Shown here piece by piece: positions 13,153 through 28,262 of a stretch of 64,000 nt of DNA (the stretch's first letter is position 1; the number at the start of each line of letters is the position of its first letter). This DNA comes from the human T2T-CHM13v2.0 reference genome, Homo sapiens. A program made the translations under genes and the position numbers. The notes below the pieces were generated by a model. That model was given only the letters and a program-made list of their open reading frames with translations. It was not told where the DNA came from and did no database searches. The DNA is taken from the NCBI RefSeq assembly GCF_009914755.1, contig NC_060926.1. The stretch is one strand, 5' to 3'.

Positions 13153-14409
13153 CTCTGCTACCTTATGATAGCTGTTGTTAGTGCTTCAGTGTATTTCCTT
13201 TCAATCATGTTTCTGTGAACATAGCTATAAAATACATACCGATATGTGTAATGGATGCTTTTGTATCCCACTTTTGTTGAGTTGTGTACAAAAGGTATTT
13301 TCTTGCCTGAAAAATCAGGCAATGTTGGACACATGCATGATATAAGTAGTTTTGGGACTCCTTTAAAAGCAATTATTGCAAAACCCATGTATTCAGGTAA
13401 AATGAAAACCAGATGGTGAGTCCTCAAATAAGTATTATACAAACACAATTAACTATTTACCATATTGTCCATGTTTCTTGTGTGCTGTTTTCATACAGTG
13501 ACCTTTGCTATAGCATGGGGCACAGTCATTGCCCATAGTAAGTGTTGCTTATGGATAGAGGGCCATGCACAGCAGGCAGCCTGGAAAACAAGCCCTTGCC
13601 AAGCCTGCATGTCAAAGCTCCTCTTAGCTCCTCTTGTGCAGTTGTAGGCATTGGCCTGGCTGGGACCTGGGAGCAAGTGGGGAGCAGGCTGAATGAGAGA
13701 GATTTTGCAGCATGTGCTTCTGGTTCCAACTCCAGCAGGAGGGGCTGTTGGAGCGGGTTCTCTTGATGAGAACAGGACTCTTCATGGTTTTTTTTTTTTT
13801 TTTTTTTTACCTCCACTTAGTTTCATCTCAGGAGCAAAAAGGTGCAAATACTTGTTTTTGGGAAAAATCACAGATTGGTTCTGACTCTTTAGGTGAAAGT
13901 GAGAGGCAGTTACCAGGTCACTAGTTATTCCTCAGGCCCAGAAGGCAAGAATTGCAGCAGGTGTGGGAAATTGAATGGTGTGGCTGCTCTTCTCCCGAGC
14001 TGTCAGCTGTTGGCAGGCTGAATGAATCTAGCTCTAGAGCTGGCTGCAGACAATGCAAAGATGTGGGCCCACTTCACTTGCTTTACTTGATTATGTGAAT
14101 CTGGAAAACAAAACCAGCTGAGAATTACAGATTTCATCCTCGGGTGAGGTGACAAGGGACTATGGAGGAAACCAAGGGGTCTGGAAGTGGGGAGGCATTT
14201 ATTTGCAAGAGATGTCAAGTTCTCTTCAAATTTTGTGTGTGAGTACTTCAGCTGTATTAAGAATTGACTATCCTTAGGATTTTGAAAGGCTCTTTTTAGG
14301 GAAAGCATGTCTTTTATCTGATTGGTTTTGGGAAGGGTTTAAGGAACAGATTAAGGATGTGCTCAAAGTGGATGGTATTAGGATAGCAGATCTATAATGT
14401 GGTTTGTTT

Positions 14410-16180
14410 TTGTTTTTGTTTTAAATAATGACAGAGGATTTGCAGAAAAATGTATAGGGAGGTCTCATGTACCGTTCATTCAGTTTTCCTGATAAAATCT
14501 TGCATAACTATAGTACAATATTATAACTTAAGTACATGCACAAAACAAAGCAAGGCAAATGATTGCTTTTACCAGTGATTGCTCAACTTGGAGTTCATAA
14601 ACTCTTTGAGTGAGGTTTGTCTCTGAGAACAGAATTTTATTTTGCATTTTAATAGTGTCCCCTAACTTTTTATTATGAAAAAGTTCATACATCCACAGCT
14701 GTTGAAAGAATGAACACTCTCGGCTGTTCACTTATATTCAACATTTGTTAACATTTTGTTTGTGTGTGTGTACTGTTATTGAAAATAATTACAGCTATCA
14801 CCATGACACTTCACCTGAAAATATTTGAGCATGCTTGTCTTAAAGACAGTCTTCTACGTATCATAAAATTTTACCTAATGTTCAGCCTACATTCATATAT
14901 CTTTGCTTGTGCCAAGAATGTTTTTATAACTCTTTTTGAATCATAGTCCAGGTTTATGCACTATACGTAGTTATCTTATATCGCTTATTTTTAAGCAGTA
15001 AGTTTCTCTTTACTTTCCTGCCTCCATTTTTATTTTTATTTTTATTTTTAAAGAAAATTGACTTTTGTAAGAATTTAGCCAGATTGTTTTGTAAAGTATC
15101 CTGTATTCTGGATTTGATGGTTTCCTCATGTTATGCTTTAACTTGTTCCTTTCTCTCCTATATTTCCTGTAGACTGGAAATATGTTGAGAGGTTTGATTA
15201 GATGCAGATTAAATATTTTTTGGCAAGAACACCTCAGTGGTGGTATTGGGTACTTCATATTGCCTCACGTCAGGGAGTACGTCAGTTCTAGGTGAAGCCC
15301 ACTTCACTCATAGCCTTCCCATTATTAGTGAAGCCAAGTTGGGTCTCTTGGAGGTGACTGCCAGCGTTCTCCACCATAAGGGTGCATTATTAGTTTTACA
15401 TTTCCTAAGTAATCTATCTCCAGGGTGATACTTTGGCACTGTGTGAATATTCTGTTCATGAGCAACCTTTCAACTAATGGCTTTGGCATTCATTTAATGA
15501 TTCTTGCTTAGGTTAGTTATTATTGCAAAATGATGATTTTACGTTCTTCCTTTTGTATTTATTAGTCAACAACAATCTGTAGAAGAGTTTCCTACCTACC
15601 CCTTCCCTTCTCTCTTTGTCTGGATATTCCTGTGGACATGAGTGGTTTCCATCAATTACAGCTGTTATTATTACATAATCAAGTTGTACCATATTTGCCA
15701 GTGAGAGCCTTTGACATGAACCCAATGGGTCCCCATGGAGTCTGTGGCCTTTTGACGTGCCACTATTAGTTTTTGAGTACTTCCTTGTTTTCTGGAACAA
15801 GTAGATATTTGAAACTCACCTATCAAGACATGGAATACTCTCCTCTGAGGAGCCTTAGTTCTGTTGAGTGGGAAATATATTTGGAGACTAATATCTGGAT
15901 GCTAAGTATGCTCATTGCTACTGAGGTATTACTGCTTCTAGGCCCTTTGAGTAGACAGAGCTAAGAAGTACATTTTTTCAAAAACCAGAATTTCTTAATT
16001 TCTTGTGTCTTGTATATCTTATGTTTCTTTGTCTTTTCTCTTATACTGAAAATATTGGTTCCTGATAAAACAACACATTTTTATGTTCAGTGAATATAAA
16101 GTTCACAGTATTATAATAATATTACTACTTAAAATAGACATGGAGGGGAGAAGTTTAAGATTTTTCTGAAGTTATTTTGG
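14410..16180 (-). mobile_element. Fragmented ancient L1 (L1M-type 3' region)
   Basis: Phrases typical of old L1 3' UTRs, e.g. ttgcataactatagtacaata, ttaaatattttttggcaagaacac, tggagactaatatctggatgctaag. Boundaries are approximate. Confidence 0.6.
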
Positions 16181-16427
16181 CCCTTTGCTTTGGATAAATC
16201 AAGGACAAACATTTCTTAGGTTAATGCACAGAGAACAGAGGCAAACTTATTATGTGGTGTTTTATGTCAGATGGGGATGAAACGGTGCTCTTTGGAGTGA
16301 ATGATGTTTGACTGCATTTCATCAGCACTGAGTAGCAGAGCTGCATCCAATCTAGTCTTCTGGCCTGTCCAGTGGCCTTTCCAACATGTGGTCCTTTTTC
16401 TCAGCCACTCGGGCATAGGATGCTGTT

Positions 16428-16600
16428 AAAGCAGGGGATTCTCAAAATGTAGCTATTGGACCAGCAGCTGCTGCGAGTACTTGGAAACTTGTTAGAAATG
16501 TAGCCTCTGGTTCCATCCCAGATTACTGCATCAGAAACTCAGGACTGGAGCCCTCCAAAAAATTCTAATGCACCTTTAAGTTTGAAACCCCCTGCTTTAA
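16428..16600. mobile_element. MER5A-like hAT-Charlie element
   Basis: caggggattctcaaaatg ... gaaacttgttagaaatg ... tttgaaaccccctgc with recognisable terminal inverted ends. Confidence 0.75.
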
Positions 16601-17483
16601 TGGAGCCTTGGGAAAGAAAGAGCCCACTCCCTTCTGTCTGTCGGTGAAGAACTGCAGCTCAGAGACGCTAATAACTTCTTGCTCAGGAGTACATTGCTAA
16701 TTAGACACTGCAGGAATTAGAACCTGGATCTTTGATTCCCTACTTACTGTACTTGTGAAAGTATAACCATTTCAAACATCAGGTTTTTAAGTAAGCTCGT
16801 TGAGTGAGCTGGTTGGATCTGAACTTTAAAGGATAGATGGATCTTGACCACACTTCTCCTTTTTAAAATTTGTTTTTAGCAGATTTGTCAGAGCAGACTT
16901 TCTTTTAGTTTTAAGACTACAGTGTCTGTGAATGGTAATTCTGTCATATTACTTAGGGGTTGGGAAGATATTGGGCATGATGTCTTTTGGGAGCCAGTAT
17001 ACTGGAAGAGCCAGTATACTGGAAGATTGAGCATCTTCCAGTATTCCTAGCGCCATGTTCCATGGATATGTGGAAGTAAAAGCTGTGTAAAAGCCCTTCC
17101 TAGAGCAGCCAAGTAAGAATCTGGCCTCTGCCTGTCATCATATGTGGAAAGGCAAGAGCCATACAAGAAGCTAAGCAATATATGTCACTTCTGATGGACA
17201 GATTTTTGAATGCCTTCTGAGCTCTGACCACGCATGGGCAGGACACCTTGCTTTCAGGGAGTTCATGCTCTGGTACGAGGGAGTAAAACAAGCATATTCC
17301 AGTGATAACACAAGGCCATATAACACTGAACAATTTTACCCTTTTCATTTGGAGGGGAGCACAATGTAATGAATGTGTTGTTCTTGTCTAGACTGAAAAT
17401 AAGAACAAAAGGAAGGGAAGGAGAGATCTCTGTGGCCTGTGGGACCTATTGTTCTATTCTGTTATTCCTCAGAGGCCAGCTAA

Positions 17484-17603
17484 ATGCTACAGGCCTTACA
17501 GCTTCGTACTGGCTTCTTCTGTTTTAGGGTGTTGGTGGCACTTTCTCCCTGTGCTTTGCATGACTCTGGCAGACTTACCACAGGATCATTCAACGTTGTC
17601 AGG
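17484..17603 (+). CDS. Candidate alternative MAP4K4 5' coding exon (MLQALQLRTGFFCFRVLVALSPCALHDSGRLTTGSFNVVR)
   Basis: 40 open codons from an ATG end exactly at an AGG|gtgagc donor in phase 0, compatible with exon 4. No transcript evidence is available here. Confidence 0.5.
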
Positions 17604-18109
17604 GTGAGCCAGAAATGTATCAGTTTTTGACAGTCTGTATCCCCCTCCTGCACCGCCCCCTCCCTCCTTATCTTCTTATCTTCTGCTTTTCCCTTAGCTA
17701 CTGAGAGAAAAACTAATGTGCCATGTTTGTGGGATGCTAAATTTCCTCGTCTTGTATTTTCTTACCTTAGACAACTTTTAACCTGATTTGAATGATCTTT
17801 GATCTTAAATTTTAACTTCCCAATTTGGGTTGGTTTCCTTACTCAGCCTTGTGTAGATAGATAAAAGGCCACAAGTTTATTTATTTATTTATTTTTTAAA
17901 TACTGGTATAAGACAAGACCTTGAAGAAAAGCTCTTAAAATCAGTTAAAATCAACTACATTTTATTTAATTATTGATTTATTTTAACAAGTATAGTGATT
18001 TTGAGAACTAATAGTTCCACTGTATCCTCATATATTACAGCAGTTTTTTTCAACCTTCCGTTTTTTTGACTGTCTCCTCCCTATGAAGCTTTTTAAAACA
18101 TTCTTTTAG

Positions 18110-18442
18110 TGTTTTTTTTTTTTTTTTTTTTTTTTTTTTGGAGACCAAGGTCTTACTCTGTTGCCCAAGCTAGAGTGCACAAGTCTAGCTGTGCACAAGT
18201 CTAGAGTGCACGAGTCTAGCTCATCGTACCTCAAATTCCTAGACTCAAATGATCCCCCCCATCTCAGCCTCCTGAGTAGCTGGGACTACAGGAGTGTGCC
18301 ACCTACAATAATTTTTTTTTTTTGAGAGATGGGGTCTTATTGTGTTGCCCAGGCTGGTCTCAAACTCCTGGGCCCAAGCAATCCTCATGTCTCAGCCTCC
18401 CAAAGTGCTGGGATTTACAGGTATGAGCCACAGCACCCGCCC
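18110..18442 (-). mobile_element. AluJ, antisense, with an internal repeat expansion
   Basis: Long poly-T; J-type caaactcctgggcccaagcaatcctc. Confidence 0.88.
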
Positions 18443-19812
18443 TTCTAATCATTCCCTGTGAAATTTTAATAGTACAGATATACTGTATATCTGTATATAA
18501 CTATATATGTTTATGTACTGTATATATGTCTTTACACTTAAAAGTAGTAAATTTTCTTGAGGACAATATCAGCCCCATTGAGAACACTTGGTGTAGAGTA
18601 ATATAAAAATACAAAATACGAAAATTCTCTCTTGCTGTTTTAACCCATTTAATAAGTCAGTAAGCAGAGGAAGGTTAAGACTAGGTTAGCTTTATGCCTG
18701 TGATGTTTTACATTTTTCATGTTGAAAAGTCTTCACTTTATTTATGGATGACGACAGTTGGAATTCAGAGAGGTGCTTGACCTGTCTAAAGTCACAATAG
18801 AGTCCTGGACTTGCTTTTATTACACCACATCTCCCAGTTCACTACAGGAGTATAGCAGTGGTATTCTGTATTTGGGTTTTAAAGTAGTGGTACCTAACAA
18901 GATACAATGCTATATAAGTAGTAGACACTCAAATATTTGATGAATTAAATAGGGTGTTCCATTTTTGGTGGTTGCATGAGTTCCGTGCACTTGGAGAAAA
19001 CATAGTAGATACACACTACTGGTTTCATTGTCCAAGAAAACAGTCTTCTATTGCAATATTTATAATTTTCCATGTCATTCTCATCTTTTGTAATCACAAA
19101 TATTTACATTTTAGATGCTAACATTAATCATAAATAACAGCAAGACCTCTTACTTACTTTCACACTTAAATTTCATCCCTCTAGGAAAGAAAATTATTGG
19201 AGTGGTTAGGAGTGAGTACATTTCTGGGTTTCATTTTTAGAATTGTCACTGAACTAATAAAAATGATTTAATCTTTTGCTCCTCTTTCCCAGGAACATAA
19301 ATTTGAGGCCCATAAATAATTTTCAAGGTGAATTTATAGTGTATGAGCCTCCTAGGCAGTTAACCTCATTATTTAGTAGTCATATCCTGCCTTTTTCCCC
19401 AAGACAGCAATACATACTTTTAAGCATGATAAAGCTCAGTTTCCTCATCTGTAAAATGGAATAATGCCTACTTCAGAGGCTTTTGTCAGAATTAAAATTA
19501 ATGTAAAGTATGTAGTCTATTAGTTTTTACATAGTAAATGTGAGTTTCCTTGTTACCTTCTCCTTATTAAAGACATTAAAGTATCACTTTTGCTGAAGGC
19601 TTTTAAACACTCCCAATACCCTCCTCAGCCACTTACTCAAATGATCCACTCTCCACCTGCCTCCCTCCACCTGTGGCAATCCTTTTCTCCTTGTCTTTCT
19701 TCCTTGCAGGCTCCTTCTTCAGCCCCTCTGTGGTTACAGCCATCACTGTTTGGTCCTTTGATAACTACCTTTGCCCTGTGAACTGTCTTCTTCTGCTGTA
19801 TATGTGTGTGGG

Positions 19813-20132
19813 TTTTTTTTTTTTGTTTCATTTTTGATTTTTGTTTTTTCAGATAGGCTTCACTCTGTTGCCCAGGCTGGAGGGCAGTGGCATCATCCGG
19901 GTTCACTGCAGCCTGGACTTCCTGGGCTCAAGTGATCCTCCTACCTCAGCCTCCTGAGTAGGTGGGACTACAGATGTGTGATACCATGCCCAGCTAATTT
20001 TTAAAATTTTTCGTAGAGACGAAGTCTTACTGTGTTACCCAGGCTGGTCTCAAACTCCTAGGCACAAGATGTCTTCCTGCCTTGGCCATCCCAAAGTGCT
20101 AGGACTGCTGATGTGAGCCACTGAGCCCTGCC
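19813..20132 (-). mobile_element. AluJ, antisense
   Basis: cactgcagcctggacttcctgggctcaagtgatcctcc is J-diagnostic. Confidence 0.9.
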
Positions 20133-20306
20133 GATTCTTCTGCTATTTTAATCGTTAGCTAGAGAACAGTGGCCACATGTTCATTTATGTGTATGTTTTT
20201 CTATTCTAGATCATACCCTCTTGTAGGATTATCTCAGCCCTTCTAGGTTCATGACAGCACCCTTCATTCACATGGGTGGTGCTTAGCATATATTTGCTCT
20301 TTCTAA

Positions 20307-20639
<333 letters not shown>

Positions 20640-21449
20640 TAAAGGAGAATTTCCGAAAGTGCTTTGAGCAGTAGCAAAAAATATATATAGTGTCCCTTTT
20701 AAAAGATTACAGACAGCCTTTATATTAATATTTATGTGCTACTATATTTTAATAATCATACATTTACTAATTTGTTGGCTAGTTTTAAATATAAAAAAGG
20801 AATAGAGAAAAGTATCATATTCATTCTTATTGAAAATATGACTACTAATTGCTTTGTTCAGATATAATTTTGGTTCGTTGGGACTGGAAATGGCAAATGT
20901 ATACCATGGTTTGTAGGTTTTTTGTTTTTGTTTTTAATGCTGTTCATGGAGTTGCACTAATTCATTTATTTAAACAAGTACTGAACACTTAGTCTTAAAA
21001 ACACTATTCTCAGCTCTGGGGTGGAATAGAAAGATTAATTATGCTTTAGGAATAACTATTCTTGATCTCTTGGTAAATTAAAACTTGCTGTGAAAGGATC
21101 ATCTTTGTAATTGTTAATGAGCATTCTTCAAGCAGATTGAATATCCACAGTTTCTTAGTTTAATTTCATCATTTTGTGAACCAAAGGCATTTTTTCTAAG
21201 TAAAATAAATGGTTGAGTAAAAAAAATCGCCCAACAAATTTTTTATAATCTAAATTGCTGTTTTTTTAAAAAAATGGATACTGTCCTTTCACCATCCCAT
21301 CTCCTTTCCCCAGCTGCTGCTGCTGCTTTCTGCTTTCCTCCTCTTTCTTTATTCCTTTCAGCTTTGGGCGGCTGTACATGCAAAGTTTTGTTTTTTATCT
21401 TGACACTTCCCATTCTTGCTTCCATTCCCTGTAAATGTATAGAAAAGAA

Positions 21450-21990
21450 TGTTGTGTTGGAGGTCCCCAAGACCATCCTCAATTTCGATTCCAGCACATA
21501 GATGTACTCTCCGCTGTGATTTATAGCACAATGACAGGATCCAGAGCAAATTCAGCAAGAGAACAGGCATGTAGAAGGAAGTCTGAAGGGATTCAGGCAC
21601 AGACTTCCCAGAGTCCTATCCTAGTGCAGTCACATAGGCCCTGTTTACTTCCTCCAGCAGAGCCGTAATGGCACGTATGAAATATTGTCTACCAAAGAAG
21701 CTTGCTAGAGACTCAGTGCATTGAATTTTTATTTGGAGATGGCAGTACAAGCAGCCTCTGCCTAGCATGCACCCAAAATTTCAGACTTCCAAAAGGAAAA
21801 CAGGTGTTTGGCGTAAACTGCATTCTAGGTACAGTGAGCCACTCTTACCAGTTCTGGGAGCGGTGGAAACCCTACCCAGATCAAAATCCCAGATGCCAGC
21901 CAAAGGCCAACCTTGTAAGCTGCCCTTTTTAGGGATGGTGTCAGGCCTCAGGACTAAACAGACACCTCTCCTGAGTGCTGCATTGATGTA
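21450..21990. mobile_element. MER21-like LTR
   Basis: ggtccccaagaccatcctc ... gagactcagtg ... cccagatgccagccaaaggccaaccttgtaagc matches my recollection of MER21. Confidence 0.7.
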
Positions 21991-21999
21991 TCACCTGCC

Positions 22000-23400
<1,401 letters not shown>

Positions 23401-23459
23401 GCCTCCCCTTCTTTTTATGTAAAAAACCCAAAACTCAAGTTAAGTTACATATGCTTGGT

Positions 23460-23474
23460 TGATGATGATGATGA

Positions 23475-23509
<35 letters not shown>

Positions 23510-23558
23510 GTGTGTGTGTTTGTGTGTGTGTCTGTCTGTGTCTGTGTCTGTCTGTGTG
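23460..23558. repeat. Compound microsatellite (GAT)5-(TG)n-(TCTG)
   Basis: Read directly from the sequence. Confidence 0.93.
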
Positions 23559-25036
23559 CACAGGCCATGAAACTATTTGATGATTAAACAGTTTGGATTG
23601 TCTTTTAATTGTATAGTGACATGCCCTTTGAGATGTGGTAAAATGAAGCAATACAGTTGGAAAGAAGGTTTTAGATAACCTGTGTCCATTCCTTTGAAAC
23701 ACTTAAAATGGTGAAGTCTTTTAAAAGGATCACTTTAGCACCCCTGCCCTTTTTTTTGCCTCCTGAATTTAGTTCCAATAACTGCTTTCCAGTTTACATT
23801 CTCTTCATAGGACTGGGGTATAAATTCTAGCCTAATTTGTCCATATGATAAAGCCTAATTCTAGCCTAACCTGTCCATATGATAAAGCTTTCTGGAATTG
23901 CTTGTTTTATTAGTCTGTCAACGTCTTGTGAAAATCTATAGTAGCAACATACACAGGATCTTAAACATTTATATGACAGTGGAATCATTTTTAGAATAAA
24001 AGCTCTGATTGTTTAATTAGAGAAACGGACCCCCCCTTCACTACCATTAGCATAATACCCTGACAGAAGGAAAGACATTTTTGGTGAGACATTTTTATCT
24101 CCTAGTTATTCTGACTTTTTTGCTAACCTTACAGAAAAGAGAGTTGACTTCTGTGGGTTTGATCTAAAATGGGATTAGGGAGCCAGCTAGTTGATGGGCT
24201 GGGTTTTTAGCATCCAAACTTGCCACATTGTAGTGCACTGTTAATCCATAAATGGCCTCAGCGTTGCGGGAAGCCAGGCTCTCTCTGCTCCAAGGGCAGA
24301 AAATCCCCTTAGAAAGCTGCCTTCTGGTGAATGAACAGCCCGTCTGTTCTATTGTTCCACGTTAGCCTGCAACATCTGTGCCACAGGTCAGACTCTCTCC
24401 CTTGATTTTTAACTCTGTGCACTAACAGGGAACCCAGATTATATTTTGGCTGTAATCCTGCTCCCAAGCTTGCAGATCGTTTTGCAATTTGTTTTAATTG
24501 CAAAACAATTGTCCCGTTGAACCTTGGGCATTATATGTAGTTCAGTATGTGCTAGAGGTTTTAGGTGATGTTTAGAACTATGAAAATGATTTCATGGTGG
24601 GGTGAAAGAATTTTATTTCTCACTCCTCTCCCTGGTATTCTAAGGTGCTGATTGGTCTCCAAGTCTGAGTGCAAATTCTGCCTAGATGGAAACCCGCCTC
24701 TGAAACAGGACTGCCACTGTCTTTGTCAGTTATCTGATGGTTATCATGATGTCCTTGGGGCTCTGAAGTCCCCAGCATGTCCAGGGGTCTTTTCTCTGAG
24801 CACAGGAACCTTGTGCCAGTTTTCCTTTACCCGTGTTTCTTTTATGTCTAGACATTCCCAGACACTTTTTTTCTCTCCTTAACATACCTGTGCTGTAGCA
24901 GTGTGGCTGACAGGTCTTGGGAAACCAGTTCTCGAGGGTAGCTGCGTTTACTTGCCTTTGTCTATATGAGCACTGAATTCAGGAGAAGTGTCTTCATATA
25001 TGCAACCCTCAGTAGCTCTTATATTTTTATATTTTG

Positions 25037-25720
<684 letters not shown>

Positions 25721-26557
25721 AACATCCAAGTGAATATATTCCTGCCGTTGATATAATACTGGTTATGTGGCAGGTGCTGAATTGAATTGCTGCAGAGATA
25801 GAAGGGAATTTACCTAGTCTAGGAAATTCTGTGATGGATAAGAGATGCTGAGGTGCAGGTTATAGGGAAAATATTCACGTCTGTATTTCTCATAGTTTGG
25901 GCATGGTTAAATATCCACTTATTTTCTGACTTAATTGTATTATCTTAACTGCAGGAGTCCTGAGAAAGAGCAGATGACGTTGCTGGCGTGTGATGACTTG
26001 GGAACTTTACTCTCTGCTATCTTTGTTGGCTTACACAGCTTTCCCAGCTGCTACAGGTCTTCTGCAAAGAATTTGTGCAGCACTCTTTGGGATTCTTGTT
26101 TGGCCTGTGTCTCACTGCCGCTTCCTTCTCACCCTGTTTCCAAGGTTGTCTACTTTCCTACCGACTTTGCTACACTTGCAGCATGTCCTCCCCCTGCTCC
26201 CTTAAGATGGTGTAGGTTTGGGGTGGAATAAAGATAGGGAGACACAGCCAAATAAATAAAATTCCAAGCAAGCCTGCGTTCTTGCCCCACCCCACCCACC
26301 ATACCCTGCTCCTGTCCCTACTTTGTCTCTTACAGATCATGAAGAAAGAAATCTCTTAAGTTCTACTCATTCTTATTTTTAATGAGAAGGATGTTTTAAA
26401 AACAAGGTCTTTGATATGACATTTTGTCATACCTAGGAAAGCAACAATAACAGCAGTAACTGCTAGGTTGAGGGAATCTGTAGTTAGGTGGTATTTCCTG
26501 GTGATGAGTCATCTTCCCCCCAGGCCCCTTGGGGATCTTTCTTTCGTGAATGAGTGA

Positions 26558-26916
<359 letters not shown>

Positions 26917-27280
26917 TCAGCTGTTTCACTTTTAATGTGCCCGGTGAACTCACTTTTGTTCACTCACTGAAGATGCTGGATTTTTCTCCCCCTGAAGCTA
27001 GAACTGAAGAAGACTCCCTGGTTATTTTTTCCTCCTTAAGTTGTTTAGAAAGCAGAAGAAAACTGTTGATTTGGAAAGTGACTGTACAGATGTTTTTGTT
27101 CAAAAGGGAAAGGAGGAAGAAGGCCATTGAGATAGAAGAGATTAAAATTTGGAACTACGGTTAAAGCAGCACATCTCCCTGGGCCTGGCTGGCCCTGGCG
27201 ATTCTGTGTGGTTGGGCACGTGTGGAGTAGTGTTGGTTCATAGCTTCTGCAGCCTTTTTCAGTTCTTTCTTTTACCCTTC

Positions 27281-27604
27281 TTTTTTTTTTTTTTCTTTTT
27301 TCTGGACCAGTGTCTGTCTCACTCTTGTCACCCAGGCTAGAGTGCAGTGGTTTGATAACAGCTCACTGCAGCCTGGAACTCCTGGAATCACAGTTCTCCC
27401 ACTTCGGCCTCTTGATTAGCTGGGGTTATAGGTGTGTGCCACCACACCTGGCTAATTTTTTATTTTTTAATTTTTTTTAGAGACAGGGTCTCACTATATT
27501 GCCCAGGCTAGTCTCAAAACTCCTGGGCTCAAGGGCTCACGCAGTCCTCCTGCCTCGGCCTCCCAGAGTGCTAAGATTATAGGTATGAGCCACTGCTCCT
27601 GGAC
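27281..27604 (-). mobile_element. AluJ, antisense
   Basis: Diverged dimeric Alu with J diagnostics. Confidence 0.9.
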
Positions 27605-27793
27605 ATGTCACCTGTATTTTAGCCCAACATGGCACTCCTGTATGATGATTTGAGGAACTGACTACCTTCACAGAAGGTGCTTTATAATGACATCATAGTT
27701 CATAGGGTGGGGTGGGGGATGTTAGGGTAAGTGCCATTTCTGTCTCATTAGTTCCTAGACTGATGGTAACCTACATGACCAAAGATGCTTTTC

Positions 27794-28262
27794 TGTATTA
27801 GTCCTTTCTCACATTGCTATAAAGAAATACCTGAGACTGGGTAATTTATAAAGAGGTTTAATTGACTCATGGTTCTACAGGATGTGCAGGAAACATAGTG
27901 GCTTCTGCTTTTGGAGAGGCCTCAGGAAGCTTCCAGTCATGTTGGAGGCAAAGGGGAGCAAGCATCTTACATGGTAGAAGCAGGAGCAAGATAGAGAAAG
28001 AAAGAGTGGGGGAGGGGGAGGGAAGGAATGAGGGAACCAGGGAAGGAGCGCTCTGCACACTTCTAAACAACCAGATCTCTTTAAATGACCAGATCTCATG
28101 AGAACTTCCTCACTGTCGCAAGGGCGGTATCAAGAGAGGTGGTGCTAAACCATCCGTGAGAAACCCACCTCATGATCTAGTTACCTCCAGGCCCTACCTC
28201 CAGCATTGGGGATTACAGTTTGACCTGAGATTTGGGCTGGGAAGCATACCCAAACTGTACCA
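27794..28262 (+). mobile_element. ERVL-MaLR solo LTR (MSTA/MSTB-like)
   Basis: Starts TGTATTAGTCC ... ctataaagaaatacctgagactgggtaatttataaag; ends CCAAACTGTACCA. Confidence 0.9.
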
